A DNA stretch of 64,000 nucleotides. Source: Selaginella moellendorffii. Taxonomy: Eukaryota; Plantae; Lycopodiophyta. Each line of letters begins with the position of its first letter. The first letter of the stretch is position 1. Made by a program: the position numbers and the translations under genes. The notes under the pieces were generated by a model, which did no database searches, was not told the origin of the DNA, and was given only the letters and a program-made list of their open reading frames with translations. Below are positions 38,101 to 46,193 of this stretch, in pieces. The stretch covers positions 1,729,048-1,793,047 of the forward strand of contig NW_003314270.1 in NCBI RefSeq assembly GCF_000143415.4, given 5' to 3'.

Positions 38101-41100
38101 ACCTCGAGAAGATACTACTCGGCCGAGCAAAATACCATGAGTAACTCCGAAGGTGCATTTAAGTGGATTTAGGGAGATGCCATACTTGCGACATTGCTCA
38201 AAACAAAGTCTAAGCTTATTCAAATGAGTGGATACATCACTGAACACGCTAAAGTCATCGAGAAAAATCTCGAGAAAGTCGTGGAGCATTTGCCGAAATG
38301 CTGCTGTCATCACTCTTTGAAATGTCGCCGGGGCATTGCACAGCCCAAAAGGCATCACCCTGTAAATAAAACAACCCCACTCAGTGATGAAAGTGGTTTT
38401 CTCCTGGTCACCCGGAAAGATGGTAACCTGGTTGTATCCACTGAACCCGTCGAGGAAAGAATAAAGGTCATGGCCTGCTACAGTGTCCAGCACATTATCA
38501 GTAAAAGGAAGTGGAAAAGCATCCTTCACTGTCGCCTCGTTGAGCTTGCGGTAGTCCACACACACTCGGAGCTTCCCGTTCTTCTTTGGCACCACCACAA
38601 TGGGAGAGACCCACTCGCTCCCCTCCACCTCCTCAATGAAGCCGGCAGCTTGAAGTTTGTCGATGTCCTCCTTCACTACCTTTGCATAGCGCGGGTTGAG
38701 GCGGTAGGCTCGCTGGCGACGAGGAATAGCACCGTCAACCAGGCGAATTCGATGTTGAGCGATTTCGGAATCCACGCCTTTCAGCTCGTCGTAGCTCCAC
38801 GCAAGGATGTCGCGGAACTCGAGGAAGAGCTGATGGAAGAGTTCTCTGGCATCTGGTGAAAGCTGAGCTCCCACCTGCAGTTCCCTCCTCTCAGAATTTC
38901 CATTGAACTCAACGAGAAGGGGAACACAGAGTGGGGAAGTGAGGAAATCAGGTTCAGAAGGAGAGGAGTTCACCTCTATCCCAGCTGGAACCTCTCTGAT
39001 CTTCAACTCGGCTTCACGACTGTGGAAAAAACGAGCTGGAAAGTTGTCGAGTTCAGGGTCGTACTCCACCGACTGGAGTCTTGAAACCTCCACAGCGTTG
39101 CACTCCACAACGAGAGGCACATCCTCCTTCAGGTCCTCAACTTTCTGGAGCAACTCCTGACCGAGAAACAGATGTTCCTCGGCTTCCTCCAGCTTGTCCA
39201 GTTGCAGCACCAGGAACCGGGTGGTGACCAGAAACTCTCCCACGATCAGAGCAACTGTAGGGATGAATCCACGAACCTGGTGGTAAACTCCAGGAAGTAT
39301 CTCCAACAGCAGGCCTGGAAAGCCGAACTCCTGCACATCATACTCCTCGGCCACCGCAGCAGTCATGAAGCAGGTCTGCACCTCATGCAAAACCTGAGCT
39401 CGGAGGGTCCCCACATCCACCAAGCGAACGTCCACCACTTGAGCCGAAGGCAATGTGATCACTCGGAGCATGTAGCAAGGGGGATCAAGCTCTCCTCTTC
39501 GAAAAAGGTACAGCCTGCCCCGCTGTCCGAATTCATCTGTTGTGACCACAGTCTCGTGCAAGTAGTTCATCTCAGCATTAGTAGTCCTCAGCCAATCTGA
39601 TCCAAGGACAACAGCAATGTCTCCTGGTCGCTTAATCACCAACAGGTTCACGATGAAGCGTTGGTTGCCGAGGAAGAGAAAAACATCCTCCACCTTGCCG
39701 TAAATGGGAAAAACGTCCCCATCAGCACATACGGCCACTTGGTCCTGCTCAGTGATGGTGATCCGCAGCCGAGCTGCTACAGCAAAGTCAATGGTGATGA
39801 AGCTCTGCAGCGCTCCAGGATCCACCAACGTCAAACAATCGAGGCCCTTCACGTACCCCATGGTAAACAGTGAAGCATCCAGCGCAGGATCTCCCCGAAC
39901 GTTAGGAGGAAAAGGAAGTATCTCCGCTTGGATCATAAGGAAAGGAACCTGGGAAGAAGCTCCCAGCCGCTGAAGAAGATCTTGACTGCTCACCGTTGAG
40001 TGGTGATCGGATATGACCAGCTGCAGCTCTTCATCAGCTCCATTCTCAGAAACGTTCTCCTCAGCCACGAGCTGCTGGAGCTCCACACCGGGCATCTCCT
40101 CTTCCGACACCTCCTCTTGAAACACATCCTCCTCAGTGGATTCAGATGTAGTATCGGAGTCTCCATCTTCTGGTTCCACAGCTACTGGTTTTTCCCGCTT
40201 ATATCCCGGCCTGACATGCACTTGGATTGGAATTCGGAAGTTCCCATCCCCGATGGTCAGCACCCCCGTTCCCCAGTTATGCTCAGCTGATGCTTGAAGC
40301 AGCCAGGGCCGGCCCAGCAACAACGGGTAGTTGAGACCTGCTCCCTCCTTCATTTTGAGGACCACGAAATCAATGAAGAAGTTTACTCCTGCGATCCAGG
40401 TTTTCACACCCGAAACAAGTCCCACGGGCTGAACTCTCCGTTGATCGGCCATCCGGACAGCAAAATGAACTGGCACAGGCGTGGGAAGCTCAAACCTTCT
40501 CCACGTTTCCAGCGGCATGATGTTTACACCGCTTCCTCCATCGAGCGTGCAACCACGTATGAGTTCCCCCTGAATCTCCACATCCACGCAGGGAGAACTC
40601 ATATCCGCTATGACAGGCCAGGCAGAGTTCACCACCGCCTCTTTGTGTGCCTGCATGGCTGTGGAAATAGCCTTCCTCAAACCCGGTGCCAAAGCTAGAA
40701 GCTGAGCAAAACTGATACTCGGCTTCTGATTCTTTAAATCAGCGAGAACGTCGTACGGTGGGGGCTGCAAGTTCGGCACACGCTTGTATCTGCGCCCCTT
40801 CTTCCTTGATAGCCCGGCCTCGGGATCTCTCACGCCTTCCTCAGCACTTGCCTTGCCACACTCCATCCTTCGCTCACCAGTCGCTTGCTGCAGATGCCCT
40901 GTTTGTGAGCCGATGGCACTCTTTAGCGCCGTTCCACCAAGTGCCGTGGCGCTTCCTTCCAGGGGCTTGGCGGATGAACCCGCATCCGCTGCCGCCTTTA
41001 CCTCCGCGCCCCTTCGCTGCTCGGCCAACACATCCCTAATTCCAAAATTAGGGTTCCTGAGTAATTCTGAATTCTTCGCGTGTGCTGGCGGCGTTGATTC

Positions 41101-44100
41101 GAATGCACGGTGCAGCGCTGGTTTGTTCTCCATTCCCACTTCCTGCTCCTTGAGGCGCCTCCGGAACCTGCGTACAATCGCCTCTGGATCATCCACGTAC
41201 TCCCCTGGAGCACAAGATTGAACGCCTCCTGCATTCTGCTGCTGCTGCACTACTTGTGAGCGTGTGGCCACGTTCAGGCAAGGGCGATCGGCTTCCATCT
41301 CCCCAGCTCCAAGGTGAATTCCTCCCGATTGCTCCATACTTTGTTTTCCCCTTAATTCAAAATTCGATTTTTGAAAATTAGGGCTCCCGCCAATCTGGGC
41401 ATTCCCTGTGATGGTTGTAACTCGGCTGCTATCCCCTCGTCGAAGCTGGTGCTGATTCTTTTGCTGCTGCAGCTGCCTGTATTCCTCCTCTGGTTCAACA
41501 TCAGTGTAGACATCTGCTGCATATCTTCCCTCAGCTGTTTGTTGTGCGTTGTACACGCTTGGCTGCAGCATTTGCCCAGTGGGATCAATTGCATAAGCTT
41601 GGGCATTTGCTGTGTAGTGCTCATTCCAGCTGATCGGCTGAACGAAAACAGCCTGAGAGTCAACCACGTTCTTGGCTCTGGTTTTCTGAAGCTTGTGAGG
41701 GCAGTTTGCTTGCTCGTGAAGCCCCTGAGTTTGGCAAATGCCACAAATTGGTTGATAACCAATTTGCTTTCGCGGATGAGGGCAATTTGGAGAAATATGG
41801 CCCACTTCTCCACAGTTGTAGCATGTCACAGGACCTCTCCTTGGTGGTCCTCGACCCCTTCCTCCTCCTGTAACCCCCGCAGCATAAACTGGGACCATCT
41901 CACCCGTATAAACTGGAGCATAAGTAACCGGTGGAGAGTACGGTTGAGGAAGCATGTGGAGTTGTTGCTGCTGAGGCATTCCTCCTGGTGTAGCATGGAT
42001 GTAAGCTGCTTGAACCTGATTCCCCGGCTTATAGTGGCAATCTTCTGATCTATGATTCGCTCGCTTGCAATGCTTGCAACGAGGTATAGCATCTTGCGGG
42101 CATTCGTTGGGATAATGCCCGTAACTTCGGCAACGAACACACCAAATGTTGTCCCTGGTCTTCTGCTGTCGTCCGGGGCTTTGGACTCCCTTAATCCAAT
42201 TGAGCTGGAGGTCCGACATCTTCTGAGTAAGGGTTTCCACCAAACTTTCTTGTGCTTTCTTCACTTCGGCTTGTACTTCAGCTTTCACATCCGGAACCGG
42301 TGATTGTTGATAAATGCCATAAGGCATTTGCTGCTGCATCATGGGAGAAGGAACTTGACCAGGTACCGTTGAGTATGCCATCTTTGTATAGTCCATAGTT
42401 CCCATTCCCGCAGGTGCAACTCCTCCGTGGAGTCCACTTGTTGAATACATGGCTGGATTCGTCGTAGCCATGTTGGCCATAGGATTGGCCGATGAACTCC
42501 CCGAGCTCATCATTTGACGATTCACTCCAAGATGGGCTTGTTCCCAATTCCCAGCAAAAGCTATTGCGGTATTCAAGTCCGCTGGGCTTTGGCACTTCAC
42601 GTGAATCTTCAAAGGGAGGGGAAGACCTCCCACAAAGTATCTCACTTGCTCTTCTGCCGTAGGTTGTGGAGTTCTCTTGAGCAAGAGACCTTTGAATCGC
42701 AAGGTATAACTTTGTAAGCTCTCTCCGGGCAACATTTGGAAATCATAGAGGCTATCCATGATCCATTGATTGAATCCAACAGGTCGAAACGCTGTTAGGA
42801 ACGCTGCTCGCAACGCTACCCAATCAGCTCCTGCCGGAATAGTGGTCATCCACTCCGCCGCCACTCCAAGAAGGGTAGCAGGAAATAGCTTCCTCCTTTC
42901 CACGGCTCCAGCTTCATCATTTGCTGTAGTGGTGTTCTCAAATGCCATCACGTGAGCGTCTGGATCTCCAACTCCCGTGAAGGTGGAGTATTTCATCTTT
43001 GTTGTCGCGGTTGCCATTGCTTGTGGTGGTTGTTGTTGTTGTTGCTGACCTTGTCCTTGTGCTTGTGGTGGTGATGGTGGTGGTGTAGGAGGTGATATCA
43101 CAACCTCCTCTTGCTCTTCTTCTTCTTCTTCTTGTTCTTCTCTAGATGATCCAACCGGAGATGTCTCTCGGCTTGGTCTTGGGCTTGTCTCCGGAGTGGG
43201 TGTAGGGCCTTGTCTCCTACGATACCTCTCCTCCCGGAATAACCTTTGTGCTTCTCTTCTCTCGGCTTCTTGTTGTCTCTCCTCAAGCAATTTCTGGTAC
43301 TCGTACTGCGAACGGCGCATACACACCCCTCCTTTAGTGAAGTCGCCGAGCTGTCTTCGGCTACCGAGCTGTCTTCGGATTCTTCACTCCATCGGCAGAG
43401 CAGCAATGTGCATACTTTCCCGGGCAGTGCACCAGAAATGAAGCTCGAAAGGAAAACCCCAAGCCCCAACACTACTAGTCAAGAATCCAAGGATCTTTCC
43501 ACTTGGAAAGTAGCACACACTGCTTTGCCAAAAGGTAGGATGGATTGCATTGAATGGATGTGAGTATATAAACACAAGGAAGGGTTGCGACCCTTGAGTT
43601 GAGGATCAGTGATGTGTCCAAAGGAGGCATCCCTTGGAACCTTGTGTCAACAAAGTAAGGGATGTGACTTATGGATCACTGAGGTGGCGGAGACTCAGTG
43701 ACCCTTGGTGGAGATTGATGAAGTGTCGAAGGGGTGCCACTTAAGGATGGTCTAAACCCAAGGTTTAGCCCTAACCCAAGGATTAGTACTAACCTTAAGC
43801 CCAAACTCACCACTTAGGCTCAACCTTAGCCCAAGCTAAGTATTTAGGCCATTTTTGGGGTGCGACAGGAGGACGAAGAGGACTTGGATGGTCCTCACAA
43901 TGGTGACAATCACAATAACGACGATGACGATGATGACGACGATGGCCAGCCTGAGGTGGCCAAAGAGCAGCGGAGGAAGGTCATACAAGACAAACCATCA
44001 GGTAAATAATAGTACATCCATTCCTAACCTTTTACCATTTCTAACATTGTCCATGTAGGTCGCAGAAGAAATGGTAAGTAGAGATTATTCAGTTGAATTA

Positions 44101-45751
44101 AGATACAAACTCTAGCCTTTAGTGTCGAGGAAGGATAGTGCCAAGCAAGGGTCGAAACGTATGTCCAATCCTTCAGAATCAGCAATGCGCCCAATAGCAC
44201 TTGATGGTAAGTACAGTATAGTCGATTCAATGTGCTAATGAGTTTGTTTTTAGTAGCCAGTAGGGAGGATACCATCTCAATCGAAGGGAGATATTTGGAC
44301 ATGCATATGGATCCGCCAATGGACTCTACTTGCCTGCAAGAGTCATCAGAGCTGGTGGAGGCTACTATCCATATCAACGCCAAGCAAGCTGACCACGCTC
44401 CACTTGATGCTGCCCATACCACTGAGTCAATCTTGTCCACGTATCCAACTGACGGTGACCAGGCGCCATTAGACCCGCATGAGGCCGCCCCAGCCGCCGA
44501 GCCGGTCGTATCCTCATTTCCAACGGACTCAATGTGTGCCCAATCGTCTGACTATGCGCCGTTGGAACCACCCTACACCGCCCCTGCTGCCTGTTCGGTC
44601 ATGTCCACTTTGCCAACGGAGGCACCAGCTGAAATGGCGTGTGATCACACGCCATCGGAACCACCCCATGCCACTGTTGAGCCAGTTGTACCAGAGTCTA
44701 CAGCTGAAATGGCATGTGCCCACACGCCATCGGATGCGATTGACCCCACATTGCAGAGGAGAGTATTTCCGCCCTTCACGTTTCCTCGACCAAAACCCTC
44801 TGAACGACCATCGGGAGCACCATTCGCTAATATTGTAGATGGTAAAATTGACTTGTACCATTTTTTATGCTGACGCATTTCATTTCAGAGTCACGGCGAA
44901 AGTACTGTATCGTTTTTGATCTGAACGGTGTCCTTTTCTCCCATGAGCGTGGCTCGTCCTCGAATGTCACTGCACCCTCCAAAGCCTGCGGTCGCAAGTT
45001 GGTCAAAAGAGACAGATTCACATTAATCACACGGGAGAAACTGCGGGATCTAATAATGACCATGCGACACTTAAAACAGAGGGCCGGGTTCAATTTGCAA
45101 TTGGGAGTTTGGACATCCATGATGCGCCACAATGCATTAACGTTGCTACAGATGATGCACGATCAGACGCGAGTAATATTACCATTTGACTTTCTCCTAA
45201 CGCAGGAGGATTGCTTGACTATGGTCCATGTGAGGGGTAGCAAGCCCATCTTCGTCAAGCCAGAGGCTGTAGTGATGAACCGGACTGCTAGGTCAAGTGA
45301 AATCCTCATCATCGATGACTCGCCGATTAAAACTGCAGCGAACACGCACACATATGCAGTGCACCCCATCTCTTGCAGTATGGAAACTAGGGAGAAGAAA
45401 CCGTATGTTCTGGGGGACCTTGCAAAACGGCTTGAAGCGATGGTGATAGAGAACCGGCCAGTCCAGGAGGTGGCTGCAGAAATCAACCAAATGGCAAATG
45501 GAACGGTATATCAGAAGCCATTTGATCGGACAGACACCAGTCATCATTTATGGCATGTATATTGTCTAGCCAAGCACTATCCGCATCTCCATAATCTGCT
45601 CAACCAGATGGGTTCTTCGACCACTGAACGTGAGCGTGGACGTATTAAAGAAGAGATGGCATTTCTATTGGGTTTAAATCCTGATAGTGTGGAGAGTGAT
45701 GAAATTCCAAGATTATTGTATAGGCGTTGGAGGCAAAAAATAACAGTCTGA
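32161..45751 (+). CDS. Multi-exon transposon accessory protein (~1600 aa): ParB/Srx-like, degenerate beta-class amino-MTase fold, disordered linker, FCP1/NIF-like HAD phosphatase; interrupted by the gypsy insertion
   Basis: Exons join in frame via GT-AG introns: ~32161-33339, 33394-34702, 34753-34827, 34884-34955, 35005-35148, 35196-35633 plus 43873-44001, 44059-44073, 44123-44206, 44254-44841, 44889-45751. Motifs FYAVFGQHSSLA, CVVEYNCGG..RAALLKG..CVAV, IVFDLNGVL, GVWTS and LIIDDSPIK. The start codon is uncertain (first in-frame ATG at 32242). Confidence 0.75.
35634..43867 (-). mobile_element. Intact, very recent non-chromovirus Ty3/gypsy LTR retrotransposon
   Basis: 429-bp LTRs at 35634-36062 and 43439-43867, with no differences seen. 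TSD GGAGG at 35629-35633 and 43868-43872. PPT at 36063-36078 and PBS at ~43417-43434. Confidence 0.97.
36031..43320 (-). CDS. Single-ORF Gag-Pol polyprotein (~2430 aa)
   Basis: Gag, four CCHC-like knuckles, proteases LDGGSGVN and VDPGA, RT (LDGFSGYNQ, MPFGLCNAP, FLDD), RNase H (VDASAYAIG), integrase H2C2 and core (WGIDFMGP, SDRG, GQVERTN) and GPY domain. The stop codon lies inside the 3' LTR. Confidence 0.97.
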   Translation of the reverse strand: MRRSQYEYQKLLEERQQEAERREAQRLFREERYRRRQGPTPTPETSPRPSRETSPVGSSREEQEEEEEEQEEVVISPPTPPPSPPQAQGQGQQQQQQPPQAMATATTKMKYSTFTGVGDPDAHVMAFENTTTANDEAGAVERRKLFPATLLGVAAEWMTTIPAGADWVALRAAFLTAFRPVGFNQWIMDSLYDFQMLPGESLQSYTLRFKGLLLKRTPQPTAEEQVRYFVGGLPLPLKIHVKCQSPADLNTAIAFAGNWEQAHLGVNRQMMSSGSSSANPMANMATTNPAMYSTSGLHGGVAPAGMGTMDYTKMAYSTVPGQVPSPMMQQQMPYGIYQQSPVPDVKAEVQAEVKKAQESLVETLTQKMSDLQLNWIKGVQSPGRQQKTRDNIWCVRCRSYGHYPNECPQDAIPRCKHCKRANHRSEDCHYKPGNQVQAAYIHATPGGMPQQQQLHMLPQPYSPPVTYAPVYTGEMVPVYAAGVTGGGRGRGPPRRGPVTCYNCGEVGHISPNCPHPRKQIGYQPICGICQTQGLHEQANCPHKLQKTRAKNVVDSQAVFVQPISWNEHYTANAQAYAIDPTGQMLQPSVYNAQQTAEGRYAADVYTDVEPEEEYRQLQQQKNQHQLRRGDSSRVTTITGNAQIGGSPNFQKSNFELRGKQSMEQSGGIHLGAGEMEADRPCLNVATRSQVVQQQQNAGGVQSCAPGEYVDDPEAIVRRFRRRLKEQEVGMENKPALHRAFESTPPAHAKNSELLRNPNFGIRDVLAEQRRGAEVKAAADAGSSAKPLEGSATALGGTALKSAIGSQTGHLQQATGERRMECGKASAEEGVRDPEAGLSRKKGRRYKRVPNLQPPPYDVLADLKNQKPSISFAQLLALAPGLRKAISTAMQAHKEAVVNSAWPVIADMSSPCVDVEIQGELIRGCTLDGGSGVNIMPLETWRRFELPTPVPVHFAVRMADQRRVQPVGLVSGVKTWIAGVNFFIDFVVLKMKEGAGLNYPLLLGRPWLLQASAEHNWGTGVLTIGDGNFRIPIQVHVRPGYKREKPVAVEPEDGDSDTTSESTEEDVFQEEVSEEEMPGVELQQLVAEENVSENGADEELQLVISDHHSTVSSQDLLQRLGASSQVPFLMIQAEILPFPPNVRGDPALDASLFTMGYVKGLDCLTLVDPGALQSFITIDFAVAARLRITITEQDQVAVCADGDVFPIYGKVEDVFLFLGNQRFIVNLLVIKRPGDIAVVLGSDWLRTTNAEMNYLHETVVTTDEFGQRGRLYLFRRGELDPPCYMLRVITLPSAQVVDVRLVDVGTLRAQVLHEVQTCFMTAAVAEEYDVQEFGFPGLLLEILPGVYHQVRGFIPTVALIVGEFLVTTRFLVLQLDKLEEAEEHLFLGQELLQKVEDLKEDVPLVVECNAVEVSRLQSVEYDPELDNFPARFFHSREAELKIREVPAGIEVNSSPSEPDFLTSPLCVPLLVEFNGNSERRELQVGAQLSPDARELFHQLFLEFRDILAWSYDELKGVDSEIAQHRIRLVDGAIPRRQRAYRLNPRYAKVVKEDIDKLQAAGFIEEVEGSEWVSPIVVVPKKNGKLRVCVDYRKLNEATVKDAFPLPFTDNVLDTVAGHDLYSFLDGFSGYNQVTIFPGDQEKTTFITEWGCFIYRVMPFGLCNAPATFQRVMTAAFRQMLHDFLEIFLDDFSVFSDVSTHLNKLRLCFEQCRKYGISLNPLKCTFGVTHGILLGRVVSSRGLSIDPAKIRVIQELEAPVNMKDIQAFLGHVGYHRRFINKFSEKALPLTNLLKKGVEFRWSSKCQQAFEELKECLVKAPILVPPNWDKPFHVHVDASAYAIGAVLCQPEGGMDHPVFYTSRQLSLAERNYSATDREGLGMVFAVQKFRHYLLGQKFIFYVDHQALKYLILKPCRTGRISRWLLLLQEFDFEVVLRPGKAHVMADHLSRVRAQPSMEDIPDDLGDAALFGVAAFAVEAIPDWYFGIATYLSSGDFPDNLRGQERKRLVLQARAYTLIAGQLYKVGRDNVLRRCILPHEVETIVASCHDSPYAGHFGAAATARLVLQAGYWWPTIYRDTARYVRSCDPCQRSGRPTRRDLMPLTPIIPVLPFEKWGIDFMGPLPTTRHTYCRYILVCTDYVTKWAEAKALKEDTGARVAEFLYENIITRFGCPLELVSDRGTHFLNEVIEELVRKYAISHRKSTPYHPRANGQVERTNKTLCEIMAKITNANRTDWDKRLLDALWAYRVAYKVTTHASPFQLVYRQEAVLPLELEIPSMRMAVEHAMDWDGALQARLEQLDKLDERRQLAFQTREAIQKRRKAWYDRFLRLKLFNEGDLVLLYESKYWKRPGKLRVRWIGPYRVEAVFPNGSVQLKDMEGTSLSTRVNGSRLRKYYPPETFYPSQGSEEESAPGRSTIGGGVMSHPKNGLNT

Positions 45752-46169
45752 GATGGCATGTATTTATTTATAAATGTAACTTATTATGGCATGGGGTTCC
45801 ATGCCATTGTATTAATATTAAAAGACAATTCTTTGAGAGGATTTGCATTATACTAGAAGTGTTACAGCATGTTATTGGAAGTCTATGAAGTTGTTTTATT
45901 AATAAGGGGAAAGTAAAGATTGAATGGGGACTTGGGCTCCACCTAGACTCGGAGCAACTGAGCCAATATTAAAAGGATGGAAAGAAATTGGACGACGATG
46001 ACAAGGAGAAGAGAGAGGTGAAGCAGTGGCAGGGGGAGGAGAAGTGATTGAGTAGACATTTCCTTGTTTAAAATAAAATGGCATGTGCCTCAATGCAGTT
46101 GAATTTTGTTATATTTATATACTATATAAAGGTTTGGAAACCTTATTTTACAAGTGGGATAATGACAAT

Positions 46170-46193
46170 TCCCACTTTAACGAAATAGAGCTT
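46170..46193 (-). repeat. Right terminal inverted repeat
   Basis: tcccactttaacgaaatagagctt. Confidence 0.97.

Larger units (their letters stand above)
24651..46102. repeat. About 30 dispersed copies of the palindrome ATGGCRTGNGGCCNCAYGCCAT
   Basis: Examples at 24651, 24739, 25125, 25311, 25471, 25617, 26959, 27016, 28862, 28933, 28968, 29144, 29238, 30811, 31049, 31946, 32024, 32083, 33361, 34836, 34973, 35165, 44633, 44708, 45786 and 46078. None noticed in the nested gypsy or the flanks. Confidence 0.93.
24109..46193. mobile_element. Large Sola-like cut-and-paste DNA transposon (13.8 kb without the nested gypsy) carrying cargo genes
   Basis: Perfect 24-bp TIRs AAGCTCTATTTCGTTAAAGTGGGA at 24109-24132 and 46170-46193. 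AGCA TSD at 24105-24108 and 46194-46197. Uninterrupted site ctcgAGCAacaatc at 51043-51046. Encodes a DDD transposase. Confidence 0.95.

Noticed and set aside
36100-43600. Numerous plus-strand and alternative-frame ORFs over the gypsy (likewise over the transposase)
   Set aside because: These are shadows of long GC-rich coding frames with no recognisable motifs.
44867-45751. Stand-alone host phosphatase gene
   Set aside because: It lies inside the TIRs, its ORF start is in an intron-like segment, and it splices in frame to the upstream exon.
24651-46102. CRISPR-like or MITE interpretation of the palindromes
   Set aside because: Spacing is irregular, there is no repeat-spacer structure, no cas genes and no TSDs around individual copies.
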